Positions 7,183-14,936 of a DNA stretch of 30,206 nt are shown here, one piece after another. Position 1 is the first letter of the stretch, and each line of letters opens with the position of its first letter. The notes beneath the pieces are model-generated. The model saw only the letters and a program-made list of their open reading frames with translations. It made no database searches and had not been told where the DNA came from. The position numbers and the translations under genes are program-made. This stretch comes from Candidatus Fraserbacteria bacterium (GTDB taxonomy: Bacteria; Bipolaricaulota; Bipolaricaulia; RBG-16-55-9; DRXL01), in NCBI GenBank assembly GCA_947085185.1, contig CAMTVK010000028.1, positions 1 through 30,206 on the forward strand. Direction: 5' to 3'.

Positions 7183-9507
7183 ATGCGCAATCCCGTTCGT
7201 ATGGTATGGCTTTTGGTGCTGCTCGTGGGCGCGGGGGCATCCGCTCACGCGAGTTCCACCGTGATCTTCGTGGACTGTACCCTGCCCGTCGAAACACCTG
7301 GGAACTTTAAGACCCTCACAGCTGCCCTCCAGTGGGCTCGTGACAGCCGCCAGAAACCCCGTTCAGAGTTTGGCGTCGTCATCGTCGCCCCATGCACCTA
7401 CCAAGAGAGCCTGACGGGGGAGAACGCCATCGACGTCAAAGGGCTCCAATGGATCTCCCGCGCCGGTCGCGATAAGACCAAGATCATCGGCCCCATCGAG
7501 ATCGTCGCCAAGAACGTGCTCTTTGTGGGGTTCGACGTGGATGCCAATCAAGCCGAACACGCCCTGACGATCAAAGAGAGCTTTGTGGCTATCTCCAATA
7601 GCAAATTTCATAATGCTGCCGGAGCGGGCGTCCTCATTGAGGGGGCCAAGGGCGTGATTCTGCTGCGCAACGAGATTTTCAATAATGGCGGCGAGGGCGT
7701 CAAAGCCCAAGAGTCGAGCGCCAACTTGAGACTCGAAGAGAACAAGATCCGCAGCAACGGCAGCATTGGGGTCTTCGTGGGGACCGACAGTGACCGCGCC
7801 GTCATCAGTCGCAATGAGATTCTCTTAAATAAAGGGGAAGGGATCTTCGTCACCGACAACGACGGCGTCGAGATCTCTACGAACGAGATCACGAATAACG
7901 CCATGGACGGCATCAAATTGGATAGAGCCAACGGCGCCGTGATTCTCAAAAACAAGATACTCTCCAGCGGCGTCTACGGCATCACCATCCAAGCTTCGGA
8001 TAACAACGAAGTCCGCGAGAACGAGCTTATGAATAACGGTGCCGGAGGGCTCTCTATCAAAGAGGGGGAGCGCTCCGCCAAGCGCAACACCATCCAAGGG
8101 AATACAATTGCAAACAACGCCCGCGCCGGAGCCGAGGGCGTCTTACTCTCCGGGGATGTTAGCGGCAACGTCTTTCTCAAAAACTCTCTTATGAGTAACA
8201 GCTTCGGGGTCAAGCTCGTCGCTCAAGAGTCGGGCCGCGCCCCAAGCAATAATACCTTCCAAGAGAACTCTATCAAAGACAGCCATGAAGATGGGCTCCT
8301 CCTCCAAGAGAGCGATGGCCGCAATACGTTCCGGTCAAACGAGCTCTCCGGCAACAACGGCTACGGCATCCGCGTAGCCGAACGGGCACGCAACGACACC
8401 TTCGCCAATAACGTGATCAAAGACAACGGCAAGGCCGGGATCTTCTTAGAGAAGACCTCTCGACACGTGCTGCGCGAGAATCAGATCTTGCTCAATGGGG
8501 AAGCTGGCGTGGTGCTCGATGGCGTCAGCAGCACCCTCCTCCAGCTCAATCAGATCCGCGAGAACGAGCGCGAGGGAATTCAGATCATCAATGGCGCCAA
8601 GCGCAATGATCTCATTGCCAATACAATCGAGATGAACCGCGGGCAGGGGATCGCCGTTCAAGGGGCCACAGAACTCGATATCCGTCAAAATACGATCTCC
8701 GGCAACTATGGGGTCGGGGTCTTGCTCGCTGAGGCGACCACCATCAACTTTGATCACAACAAAGTCCTCCAGAACAATCAAGGGGGAATAGACCTCGGAG
8801 CTGGCTCCAGCAAGCTTGACCTTGAGTTCAACGATATTGTGGGCAATACGCAATTTGGGCTGCGTCTTGCGGGAGGGCTTGATGAGACGACCATCAGGGC
8901 CGATCGCAACTGGTGGGGCGATCCCAAGGGGCCGTCGGGGGTCTTTGAGGGCCAAGGCAACAGCGTCCTAGGGATCCGAGTGAACCGCGATTGTACCATC
9001 GAGGGCATTCCGAACTATCAGTGTCCCATCGTCATGCCGTGGCTGCTCGCTCCGACCGCTGAGCTGGTCGAGAACTCTGTGACGGGCTGGATCTTCAGAA
9101 AATTCGGCAATGGCCGCGCCGAGTTCGACGCGACCCCCACCGCGAGCGTCCAGCTGCGCTTCTACAACGTGGACGTCAACTCCGATGGTGCGATCATTGT
9201 GGCCAGATATCGCAACGGGTTCCCGCAGCAACGCAATCTCTTAGAGAACCCAGTGAAGATCGTGAGCGTCCTGGTGAGCGGCATGCGGTCGGGCGTCGCG
9301 CAAATCGAGATCGAGTACACCGACGCCGAGATCAAGGGCTTGGACGAAACCAAGCTCTGCGTGCTCTACTTCGACCGCGAGACCAGCAGTTGGAAGCGTC
9401 TCGACTGCTTTGTCAAGACGCAAGCGAACATCGTCATAGCTGAGATCCCCGTGGCGGTGCTCAATGCAGCTCCGCCGATCGCTCTTGCGACGGGGGCGGT
9501 CAGATAA
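7183..9507 (+). CDS. Secreted right-handed parallel beta-helix (NosD/pectin-lyase-like) repeat protein
   Basis: Signal peptide ending AHA; many approx. 22-23 aa repeats of type NxIxxNxxxGIxL; NWWG motif; C-terminal beta domain; SD GAGGTGA; TATAAT at 7120-7125. Confidence 0.85.
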   Translation: MRNPVRMVWLLVLLVGAGASAHASSTVIFVDCTLPVETPGNFKTLTAALQWARDSRQKPRSEFGVVIVAPCTYQESLTGENAIDVKGLQWISRAGRDKTKIIGPIEIVAKNVLFVGFDVDANQAEHALTIKESFVAISNSKFHNAAGAGVLIEGAKGVILLRNEIFNNGGEGVKAQESSANLRLEENKIRSNGSIGVFVGTDSDRAVISRNEILLNKGEGIFVTDNDGVEISTNEITNNAMDGIKLDRANGAVILKNKILSSGVYGITIQASDNNEVRENELMNNGAGGLSIKEGERSAKRNTIQGNTIANNARAGAEGVLLSGDVSGNVFLKNSLMSNSFGVKLVAQESGRAPSNNTFQENSIKDSHEDGLLLQESDGRNTFRSNELSGNNGYGIRVAERARNDTFANNVIKDNGKAGIFLEKTSRHVLRENQILLNGEAGVVLDGVSSTLLQLNQIRENEREGIQIINGAKRNDLIANTIEMNRGQGIAVQGATELDIRQNTISGNYGVGVLLAEATTINFDHNKVLQNNQGGIDLGAGSSKLDLEFNDIVGNTQFGLRLAGGLDETTIRADRNWWGDPKGPSGVFEGQGNSVLGIRVNRDCTIEGIPNYQCPIVMPWLLAPTAELVENSVTGWIFRKFGNGRAEFDATPTASVQLRFYNVDVNSDGAIIVARYRNGFPQQRNLLENPVKIVSVLVSGMRSGVAQIEIEYTDAEIKGLDETKLCVLYFDRETSSWKRLDCFVKTQANIVIAEIPVAVLNAAPPIALATGAVR

Positions 9508-9526
9508 GCAAGTGAGGAGCATGACC

Positions 9527-9847
9527 ATGAACCCGTGCACTGATCAGCTGCACTCACTGACCCGCACAGCGCCGGAGGTGCCCGCAGCCGCACTGCGATT
9601 TCTCGAGGTAATGCTCGGAGGGTTTGAAGCCGAGGAGATGGAGTTCACCGTCACGATTCCGGAAGATTGGCGCGATCAAGAGATTCAAGCGTTCATCTTT
9701 CGCAGGGACGGCGGGCGGTGGGTGGAGCTGCCGGGGAGGATTGAGCGCAACGGAGAACGACTCAGGCTGACGCTGCCAGGAGGGCGCCTCGTGCACCTTG
9801 CTGTGGCGCTCGTGCCGCAGCTGCACCCAGCACCACTGTACAGATAA
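9527..9847 (+). CDS. Hypothetical protein resembling the C-terminal domain of the upstream beta-helix protein
   Basis: SD GAGGAG (9514-9519), ATG at 9521 or 9527; pattern F-x-R-x4-W-x2-L shared with the upstream C-terminus. Confidence 0.65.
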   Translation: MNPCTDQLHSLTRTAPEVPAAALRFLEVMLGGFEAEEMEFTVTIPEDWRDQEIQAFIFRRDGGRWVELPGRIERNGERLRLTLPGGRLVHLAVALVPQLHPAPLYR

Positions 9848-9870
9848 AGACAAAAAAATTTCTAGAGTGC

Positions 9871-9907
9871 GCGCATCGGTCCCGCTCGTGCGGGGCCGGT
9901 GCGTTTC
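9871..9907 (+). terminator. Probable intrinsic terminator
   Basis: 15-bp stem GCGCATCGGTCCCGC/GCGGGGCCGGTGCGT (with GU pairs), 4-nt loop, short T run. Confidence 0.65.
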
Positions 9908-9921
9908 TGTATAATATCTGT

Positions 9922-10224
9922 ATGTTCGCCCTGAAGAATCTGATTCTTGCTGTCGCATCTGTGTTGGACTGGGCGATCACGATCTATATTTGGATCGTGA
10001 TCGTTCGGGCTGTGCTCAGCTTGGTCCAGCCGAACCCCTATAATCCGATCGTGCAGTTTTTACATGCGGTCACGGAGCCGTTGCTCGCCCCTATTCGCTA
10101 TTATCTGTTGCGCAACATGCCTGTGGGGATTGATCTGTCGCCGATGGTGCTGATTTTATTGCTCGTGCTCATTCAGAGATTTTCCATTCCCACGCTCATG
10201 GAATTAGCCATGCGACTGCAATGA
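9922..10224 (+). CDS. yggT: YggT family membrane protein
   Basis: IYIWIVIVRAVLS, NPIVQFL, TEPLLAPIR, GIDLSPMV; TATAAT 6 nt before ATG. Confidence 0.93.
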   Translation: MFALKNLILAVASVLDWAITIYIWIVIVRAVLSLVQPNPYNPIVQFLHAVTEPLLAPIRYYLLRNMPVGIDLSPMVLILLLVLIQRFSIPTLMELAMRLQ

Positions 10225-10262
10225 GGCCCAGTGAAGAAAATTAAAGGCTTGGGTGGAGAACC

Positions 10263-10291
10263 TTGCACGAAAACCAAGCTTCGGTTACCAT
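10263..10291 (+). promoter_or_regulatory. Sigma70-type promoter
   Basis: TTGCAC(10263-10268)-17 nt-TACCAT(10286-10291). Confidence 0.6.
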
Positions 10292-10297
10292 GCGTTA

Positions 10298-10453
10298 TGG
10301 ATCGAGTCCACTCGGTGAGCAGATGTGCTCTATTTGAGCTTTGAACATCCGCAAGATGCCACCAACAGCCGCATGCGTGATGACGGAGTGTTAATGCATT
10401 ACCGGGGACGAAAGCTCGTGGGAGTAACAATCTTTGAGGCCTCCAAGCGACGC
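10298..10453 (+). ncRNA. Candidate structured RNA or ribD leader (family unassigned)
   Basis: Nested complementarity: CTCGG/TTGAG, AGAT/ATCT, GCTC/GAGT, GAGCTTT/AAAGCTC, TCCG/CGGG, ATGC/GCAT, AACA/TGTT, CCG/CGG, CAT/ATG; lies directly after a promoter; no credible ORF. Confidence 0.45.
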
Positions 10454-10482
10454 TAGAGCCGCACACTCAAGCTGTCATCAAT

Positions 10483-11613
10483 ATGCGTCGTCCTGAAGAG
10501 TTCATGCGTCGTGCATTGGAGCTGGCCGAGCGTGGTGCTGGCTGGACCAGCCCTAATCCGATGGTCGGCGCTGTCATTGTCAGAAAGAATATTATTGTAG
10601 GAGAAGGGTGGCACGAAGAATTTGGCGGCCCTCATGCGGAGTTTCTCGCGCTGCAGCGCGCGGGGGCGCTTGCCCGCAACGCGGATCTGTATGTCAATGT
10701 AGAGCCGTGCGTGGCAGCCCCCGGCAAGCACAACCCCCCGTGCGTGGATGAGATCATTCGTGCGGGCATTCGCAGAGTCTTTGTGGCGCTGCGCGATCCC
10801 GACCCCAGAGTGAACGGCCAAGGCGTGAAAACATTGCGCCAGGCGGGCATTGAAGTCATCGAAGGTGTCTTAGAAAATCAAGCCCGCAAGCTCAACGAGA
10901 TCTATCTCAAGTTCAAGACGACGGGCATGCCCTTTGTGACTCTGAAGATGGCCATGACGGCCGATGGGAAGATCGCTACTCACACCGGCGACTCCCACTG
11001 GATCTCTTCGGAGAGATCTTTGAGATTGGCGCATGAGCTGCGCCATCGCTATCGGGCTATTATTGTGGGCATTGGCACGGTGCTCGTGGACAATCCCCAC
11101 CTGACCGCGCGCTTGGAGAAGGCGGCGCGCAATCCCATCCGGATCGTGCTCGACTCGCGCGGGCGCATCCCCCTTGACTCCGAGGTGGTGCGCTCCGCCG
11201 CGCAGATCCGAACGGTCCTCGCGACGACGGACGCTCTCGCGCCCGAAAGGGCGCAGGCCCTCCAGCGTGCTCACGTGGAAGTATGGCGGCTGCCCGCCCG
11301 GGAGGGCCATGTAGATCCATACGCTCTTGTCCAAAAACTCGCGCACGAGCAGATCGACAGCGCCCTCATCGAAGGGGGCTCGGAGATCGCGTGGAGCTTT
11401 CTCAGCGCCAAACTGATTGATAAAGTGCTCTTCGTCATCGCTCCCAAGATCGTGGGAGGGCGAGCAGCCCCCAGCCCCGTCGGCGGGATCGGCTTTGAAC
11501 GCCTCAGCCAAGCGCTCCCGCTCAAAAACGTCACGGTCTCTCAAATCAACGGCGATGTCTTGTATGAGGCATATTTGGACAGAGATTGCAAGGGCCTTGG
11601 AGGTCCTCTATAA
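10483..11613 (+). CDS. ribD: Bifunctional riboflavin biosynthesis deaminase/reductase
   Basis: PNPMVGAVIV, HAE, EPC...PPC Zn ligands, LKMAMTADGKIA, IEGG, APKIVGG. Confidence 0.96.
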   Translation: MRRPEEFMRRALELAERGAGWTSPNPMVGAVIVRKNIIVGEGWHEEFGGPHAEFLALQRAGALARNADLYVNVEPCVAAPGKHNPPCVDEIIRAGIRRVFVALRDPDPRVNGQGVKTLRQAGIEVIEGVLENQARKLNEIYLKFKTTGMPFVTLKMAMTADGKIATHTGDSHWISSERSLRLAHELRHRYRAIIVGIGTVLVDNPHLTARLEKAARNPIRIVLDSRGRIPLDSEVVRSAAQIRTVLATTDALAPERAQALQRAHVEVWRLPAREGHVDPYALVQKLAHEQIDSALIEGGSEIAWSFLSAKLIDKVLFVIAPKIVGGRAAPSPVGGIGFERLSQALPLKNVTVSQINGDVLYEAYLDRDCKGLGGPL

Positions 11614-11614
11614 T
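11586..11614 (+). promoter_or_regulatory. Promoter for htrA embedded in the ribD 3' end
   Basis: TTGCAA(11586-11591)-17 nt-TATAAT(11609-11614). Confidence 0.7.
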
Positions 11615-11647
11615 CGCAGAAAGGAATCTTATGGGAGGTTGAACCCT

Positions 11648-13222
11648 ATGAGAAAAGCGATACTCATCGTCAGCGTCTTAGTGCTCGCGTTCTTAGCGGG
11701 CGTAGCGGTCGATTGGACGGTGCAGCGGACTCCGTCGGTGACCGAGCGTCCGCTGCCCCAAAGCCCAGCAGACAAGCCCGCACCAGTCATGCTGGCGCAG
11801 GCTCCAACGTCGGCCACCGATCTCTTCGCTCAGCTGACCAAAGAGCAAATCGAGCAGCTTATCACGGCTGCAGGGCAGAATGCTATCAAGACGGCTATTA
11901 AGAGGGCCGGCCCAGCGGTCGTCCAGCTCGAGGTGATCAAACAGAGTTCAGGGCGCAGTCCGTTCGAAGACTTCTTCGATGACCCGTTCTGGCGACGCTT
12001 CTTCGGTGAGCCCTTCGACCGCAATCGGCGCATCGAACGGTCACTCGGCAGCGGATTCATCACGGAATTCCAAGGACAAAAAATTATCATCACGAACAAC
12101 CACGTCGTCGAGGGCGCTACAAGCATTCGGATCACATTGCCTGATGGGCGCACGCTCGACGGCGAGCTCGTCGGCGGCGATGCGTTCTTAGACATCGCGG
12201 TCGTGCGCCCTAAGGCTCCACACGCTTCTTATGAACTGCCCACCGTCGAGCTTGGCGACTCCGACAAGATTGAGATCGGCGATTGGGCTATTGCTATTGG
12301 GAATCCTCTGGGCTTCCAACATACGGTGACCGCGGGGATCATCAGTGCACTCCACCGGGACTTTCCTAAGCCCGACGGCTCCGGTCAGTTCCAAGATATG
12401 ATCCAGACAGACGCTGCGATCAATCCTGGCAATTCCGGTGGCCCCTTGCTCGACGCGCTTGGGCGGGTCATCGGCATCAATACGGCGATCGCTGTGAACG
12501 CCGAGGGGATTAACTTTGCGATCCCCATCAATGCTGCGCTGCGAGTGCTGCCCAGTCTGTTAGCTTCGGGCAAGGTCACCCGTGCTTGGCTCGGTGTGGT
12601 CATTCAAGAGCTGACAGAAGAGATCGCACAGCCCTTGGGGGTCGAGCCCTACTCGGGCGTCTTGATCGCCGATGTGCGCCCCGATGGGCCGTCTTATGGG
12701 ATCTTACAGCGGGGCGATATCGTGCTCAGCGTGGACGGCAAGGCCGTCAAGAGAATCTTCGAGCTCCAGCAAGAGATCATGTACCGTCCGGTGGGCTCGA
12801 AAGTCCAAGTAGAGATTCTCCGCGGTGGGGCTCGTCAGACGGTCGAGGTGACGCTTGGGGAGCGCCCCAGCGAGCAAACCCTGATGGGCTCTGCTCCGAG
12901 CGTTCCTAGTCAGCCCATCCCGCAAGGCCAGGGCATAGAGAAGTTCGGGCTCAAGGTCCAAGCGCTCACGCCCCAGATCGCGCGGCAGCTCAATCTGCCC
13001 AGCACAGCTGAGGGCGTCGTTATCGCTGAAGTGCAGCCGGGGAGCCGAGCATTTTGGGCCAGACTCCAAGTGGGCGATCTGATCATCGAGATCAACCGTC
13101 AGCCCGTCAAGACCCTCGACGATTGGAACAAGCTCGTGGGCGAGCTTCCCGATGACGCTCGCGTGCTGTTGACGATCATCCCGCGGGGTGGGGGCAGCGC
13201 GCGGTTTGTGCCGTTGCGGTAA
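11648..13222 (+). CDS. htrA: Do/DegP-type HtrA serine protease with two PDZ domains
   Basis: Start moved to ATG 11648 (SD GGGAGG); N-terminal hydrophobic anchor; GSGF, TNNHV, DIAV, IQTDAAINPGNSGGPL. Confidence 0.95.
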   Translation: MRKAILIVSVLVLAFLAGVAVDWTVQRTPSVTERPLPQSPADKPAPVMLAQAPTSATDLFAQLTKEQIEQLITAAGQNAIKTAIKRAGPAVVQLEVIKQSSGRSPFEDFFDDPFWRRFFGEPFDRNRRIERSLGSGFITEFQGQKIIITNNHVVEGATSIRITLPDGRTLDGELVGGDAFLDIAVVRPKAPHASYELPTVELGDSDKIEIGDWAIAIGNPLGFQHTVTAGIISALHRDFPKPDGSGQFQDMIQTDAAINPGNSGGPLLDALGRVIGINTAIAVNAEGINFAIPINAALRVLPSLLASGKVTRAWLGVVIQELTEEIAQPLGVEPYSGVLIADVRPDGPSYGILQRGDIVLSVDGKAVKRIFELQQEIMYRPVGSKVQVEILRGGARQTVEVTLGERPSEQTLMGSAPSVPSQPIPQGQGIEKFGLKVQALTPQIARQLNLPSTAEGVVIAEVQPGSRAFWARLQVGDLIIEINRQPVKTLDDWNKLVGELPDDARVLLTIIPRGGGSARFVPLR

Positions 13223-13229
13223 GCGGGCG

Positions 13230-13257
13230 TTGCAAACTCCATCGATCTCGATATAAT
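13230..13257 (+). promoter_or_regulatory. tRNA promoter
   Basis: TTGCAA(13230-13235)-16 nt-TATAAT(13252-13257). Confidence 0.7.
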
Positions 13258-13306
13258 TCTGTATTGGGGCGCACGACCGTGAGATGTGAACTTGGCATGA
13301 AATGCC

Positions 13307-13382
13307 CGGAGAGTGGCGCAGCCTGGTTGAGCGCGCACGGTTCGGGACCGTGAGGTCGCGGGTTCAAATCCCGCCTCTCCGA
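13307..13382 (+). tRNA. tRNA-Pro (anticodon CGG); CCA not encoded
   Basis: Acceptor CGGAGAG/CTCTCCG, D stem GCGC/GCGC, anticodon arm CACGG-TTCGGGA-CCGTG, T arm GCGGG-TTCAAAT-CCCGC, discriminator A followed by CTG. Confidence 0.96.
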
Positions 13383-13446
13383 CTGTAAGAATCTAAGAGC
13401 CCCCATTGATTTGCTCCTCATCCCCAAATCCGGTATTATAAGCGCC

Positions 13447-14520
13447 ATGAGCAAGTTCTCTCTAACTTTCGCCATTCACGGGCAGAGCTCGCCCGTTTTG
13501 ACCGAGCTCACGGATGGACTGAAGAAAGTCCTGGAGGCCAGGGGCTATCGGTATGCACCGGAGGAGCCCGCTCCCCGGCTCATTTTGAACCTGACCTCTT
13601 TGGCTCATCCCAGGTCCTATCGGCGCCGGGCCCAGGCCACCTTCGTCCTTTCCATCTTTGAGGCCGAAGAAATCCCGCCGGAGCCGGTCCAGGCCATGTA
13701 CCCCTATCTTGTGCGCACCCTCTCCAACATGCTTTTGGTCTACGTTCCCAAAGAGGAGGCCCACTTCTTCACCCTGGATTTGGGGCACTACGCTGAGCCT
13801 CAGGGCGAGAGATTCTTTGAGCGCTTGGTGAAGAGGATCCATCCCATGGCCTCGGCCACTCTGGTCGTCAAAAACCGGTTCGAGCCGGACCTAGAGCCGG
13901 AACTTTGGGAAGGGGACGAGCTCACGCGCGAGCTGAGCGCGGCTGGGAAGATTCTGGATTCCTGGGACCTCCTCCCCGCTCCGTTTCCTATCGAAAAGAT
14001 TCTTCCGCCCGAAGACTTTCGCCACGTGCAGCGCCTCTACGGCATCGGCGGTCTTTCCTACGGGAACCTCTCCGTGCGCAAGGACGAAAAACGCTTTTGG
14101 ATGTCCGCTTCCGGCGTGGACAAAGGAAATCTTAGGGTGATTGGCCGGGATATTCTTCTGGTCAAGGACTACAACCCCGTGGAAAACGCCATCGTTCTTT
14201 CTGTTCCCCCAGGGATCGAGCCTCGCCGCGTCTCCGTGGACGCCATTGAGCACTGGATGATCTACCGGGAGCACCCGGAGGTGGGAGCGATCATTCACGT
14301 TCACGCCTGGATGGACGGGGTGCCCTCCACCGAGGTCCATTATCCTTGTGGAACATACGAGCTAGCCAAGTCCGTCGCTGACCTGGTGAGAGCGGCGCCG
14401 GAGCCGGCGCGGGCCGTGGTCGGGCTCAAAAACCACGGTCTCACCATTATCGGACGCAACCTCTCTAACATCCTCGGAAGAATCGAGGGCAAGCTCATCC
14501 GCCAAGTCCCCATGACATGA
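13447..14520 (+). CDS. Class II aldolase/adducin family protein with uncharacterised N-terminal region
   Basis: YGNLS, SASGVDK, SVDAIEHWMIY, AIIHVH, LKNHG; promoter TTGCTC-17 nt-TATTAT ends 7 nt before ATG 13447. Confidence 0.85.
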   Translation: MSKFSLTFAIHGQSSPVLTELTDGLKKVLEARGYRYAPEEPAPRLILNLTSLAHPRSYRRRAQATFVLSIFEAEEIPPEPVQAMYPYLVRTLSNMLLVYVPKEEAHFFTLDLGHYAEPQGERFFERLVKRIHPMASATLVVKNRFEPDLEPELWEGDELTRELSAAGKILDSWDLLPAPFPIEKILPPEDFRHVQRLYGIGGLSYGNLSVRKDEKRFWMSASGVDKGNLRVIGRDILLVKDYNPVENAIVLSVPPGIEPRRVSVDAIEHWMIYREHPEVGAIIHVHAWMDGVPSTEVHYPCGTYELAKSVADLVRAAPEPARAVVGLKNHGLTIIGRNLSNILGRIEGKLIRQVPMT

Positions 14521-14550
14521 CTATCCCACGAGCATCGAGAGCCCAGGGAG

Positions 14551-14579
14551 TTGCGCGTGTACCGAGAATCTGCTAGTGT
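14551..14579 (+). promoter_or_regulatory. Promoter of Zn-ribbon gene
   Basis: TTGCGC-17 nt-TAGTGT with upstream TG (extended -10). Confidence 0.5.
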
Positions 14580-14691
14580 TATTGCTGAGGGATGGAATGA
14601 ACCCCAGGCTCAGCTCGTATCAGACTCTCCTCCTGAGACCAAGCCAGAGAGCTCATTTCGCCCTCCATCATTCTGTGAGGGGGTGAGCTCG

Positions 14692-14874
14692 ATGGCCTTT
14701 GGGCAACGCAAGATGTACGATGTTTCCCACTTGGGTCTCAAGTGTGCCAGCTGTGGCGTGGCGATCACGGAACTACCGTTCCAGCCTAGCTCGGACCGGC
14801 CGGTCTACTGCCGTGAATGCGCGCGCAAGCGCAACCCGCGCAGCAGCGGACGCGGACCGTCTCGTCGCTACTAA
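14692..14874 (+). CDS. Small Zn-ribbon protein (CxxC-x17-CxxC-like) with Arg/Gly-rich tail
   Basis: CASC-x18-CREC with PFQP..RPVY; SD GAGGGGGTGA; 60 aa from ATG 14692. Confidence 0.85.
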   Translation: MAFGQRKMYDVSHLGLKCASCGVAITELPFQPSSDRPVYCRECARKRNPRSSGRGPSRRY

Positions 14875-14887
14875 TACGCTCGGACGA

Positions 14888-14911
14888 GGGGCAGGGGATC
14901 TCCCCTGCCCC
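14888..14911 (+). terminator. GC-rich hairpin after Zn-ribbon gene
   Basis: GGGGCAGGGG-ATCT-CCCCTGCCCC; weak U tract. Confidence 0.55.
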
Positions 14912-14936
14912 GCTTGTCCATAGGAGCAGTGAGAGG

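Noticed and set aside
7183..9000. CRISPR array or DNA tandem repeat
   Set aside because: The periodicity is only at the protein level (beta-helix coils); no repeat-spacer array was seen anywhere in the window.
10376..10430. Hammerhead ribozyme (TGATGA...CGAAA)
   Set aside because: The core reads GTGATGA rather than CTGATGA, and I could not build the three flanking stems.
10230..10480. FMN riboswitch before ribD
   Set aside because: Only scattered fragments (AGTCCAC, TCGGTGAG, GCAGAT) in the wrong order; the core GGGTGAAATTCCC and GGATGGGAGA elements are absent.
13383..14520. Integrative element at tRNA-Pro
   Set aside because: No integrase and no duplicated tRNA 3' end seen in the window.
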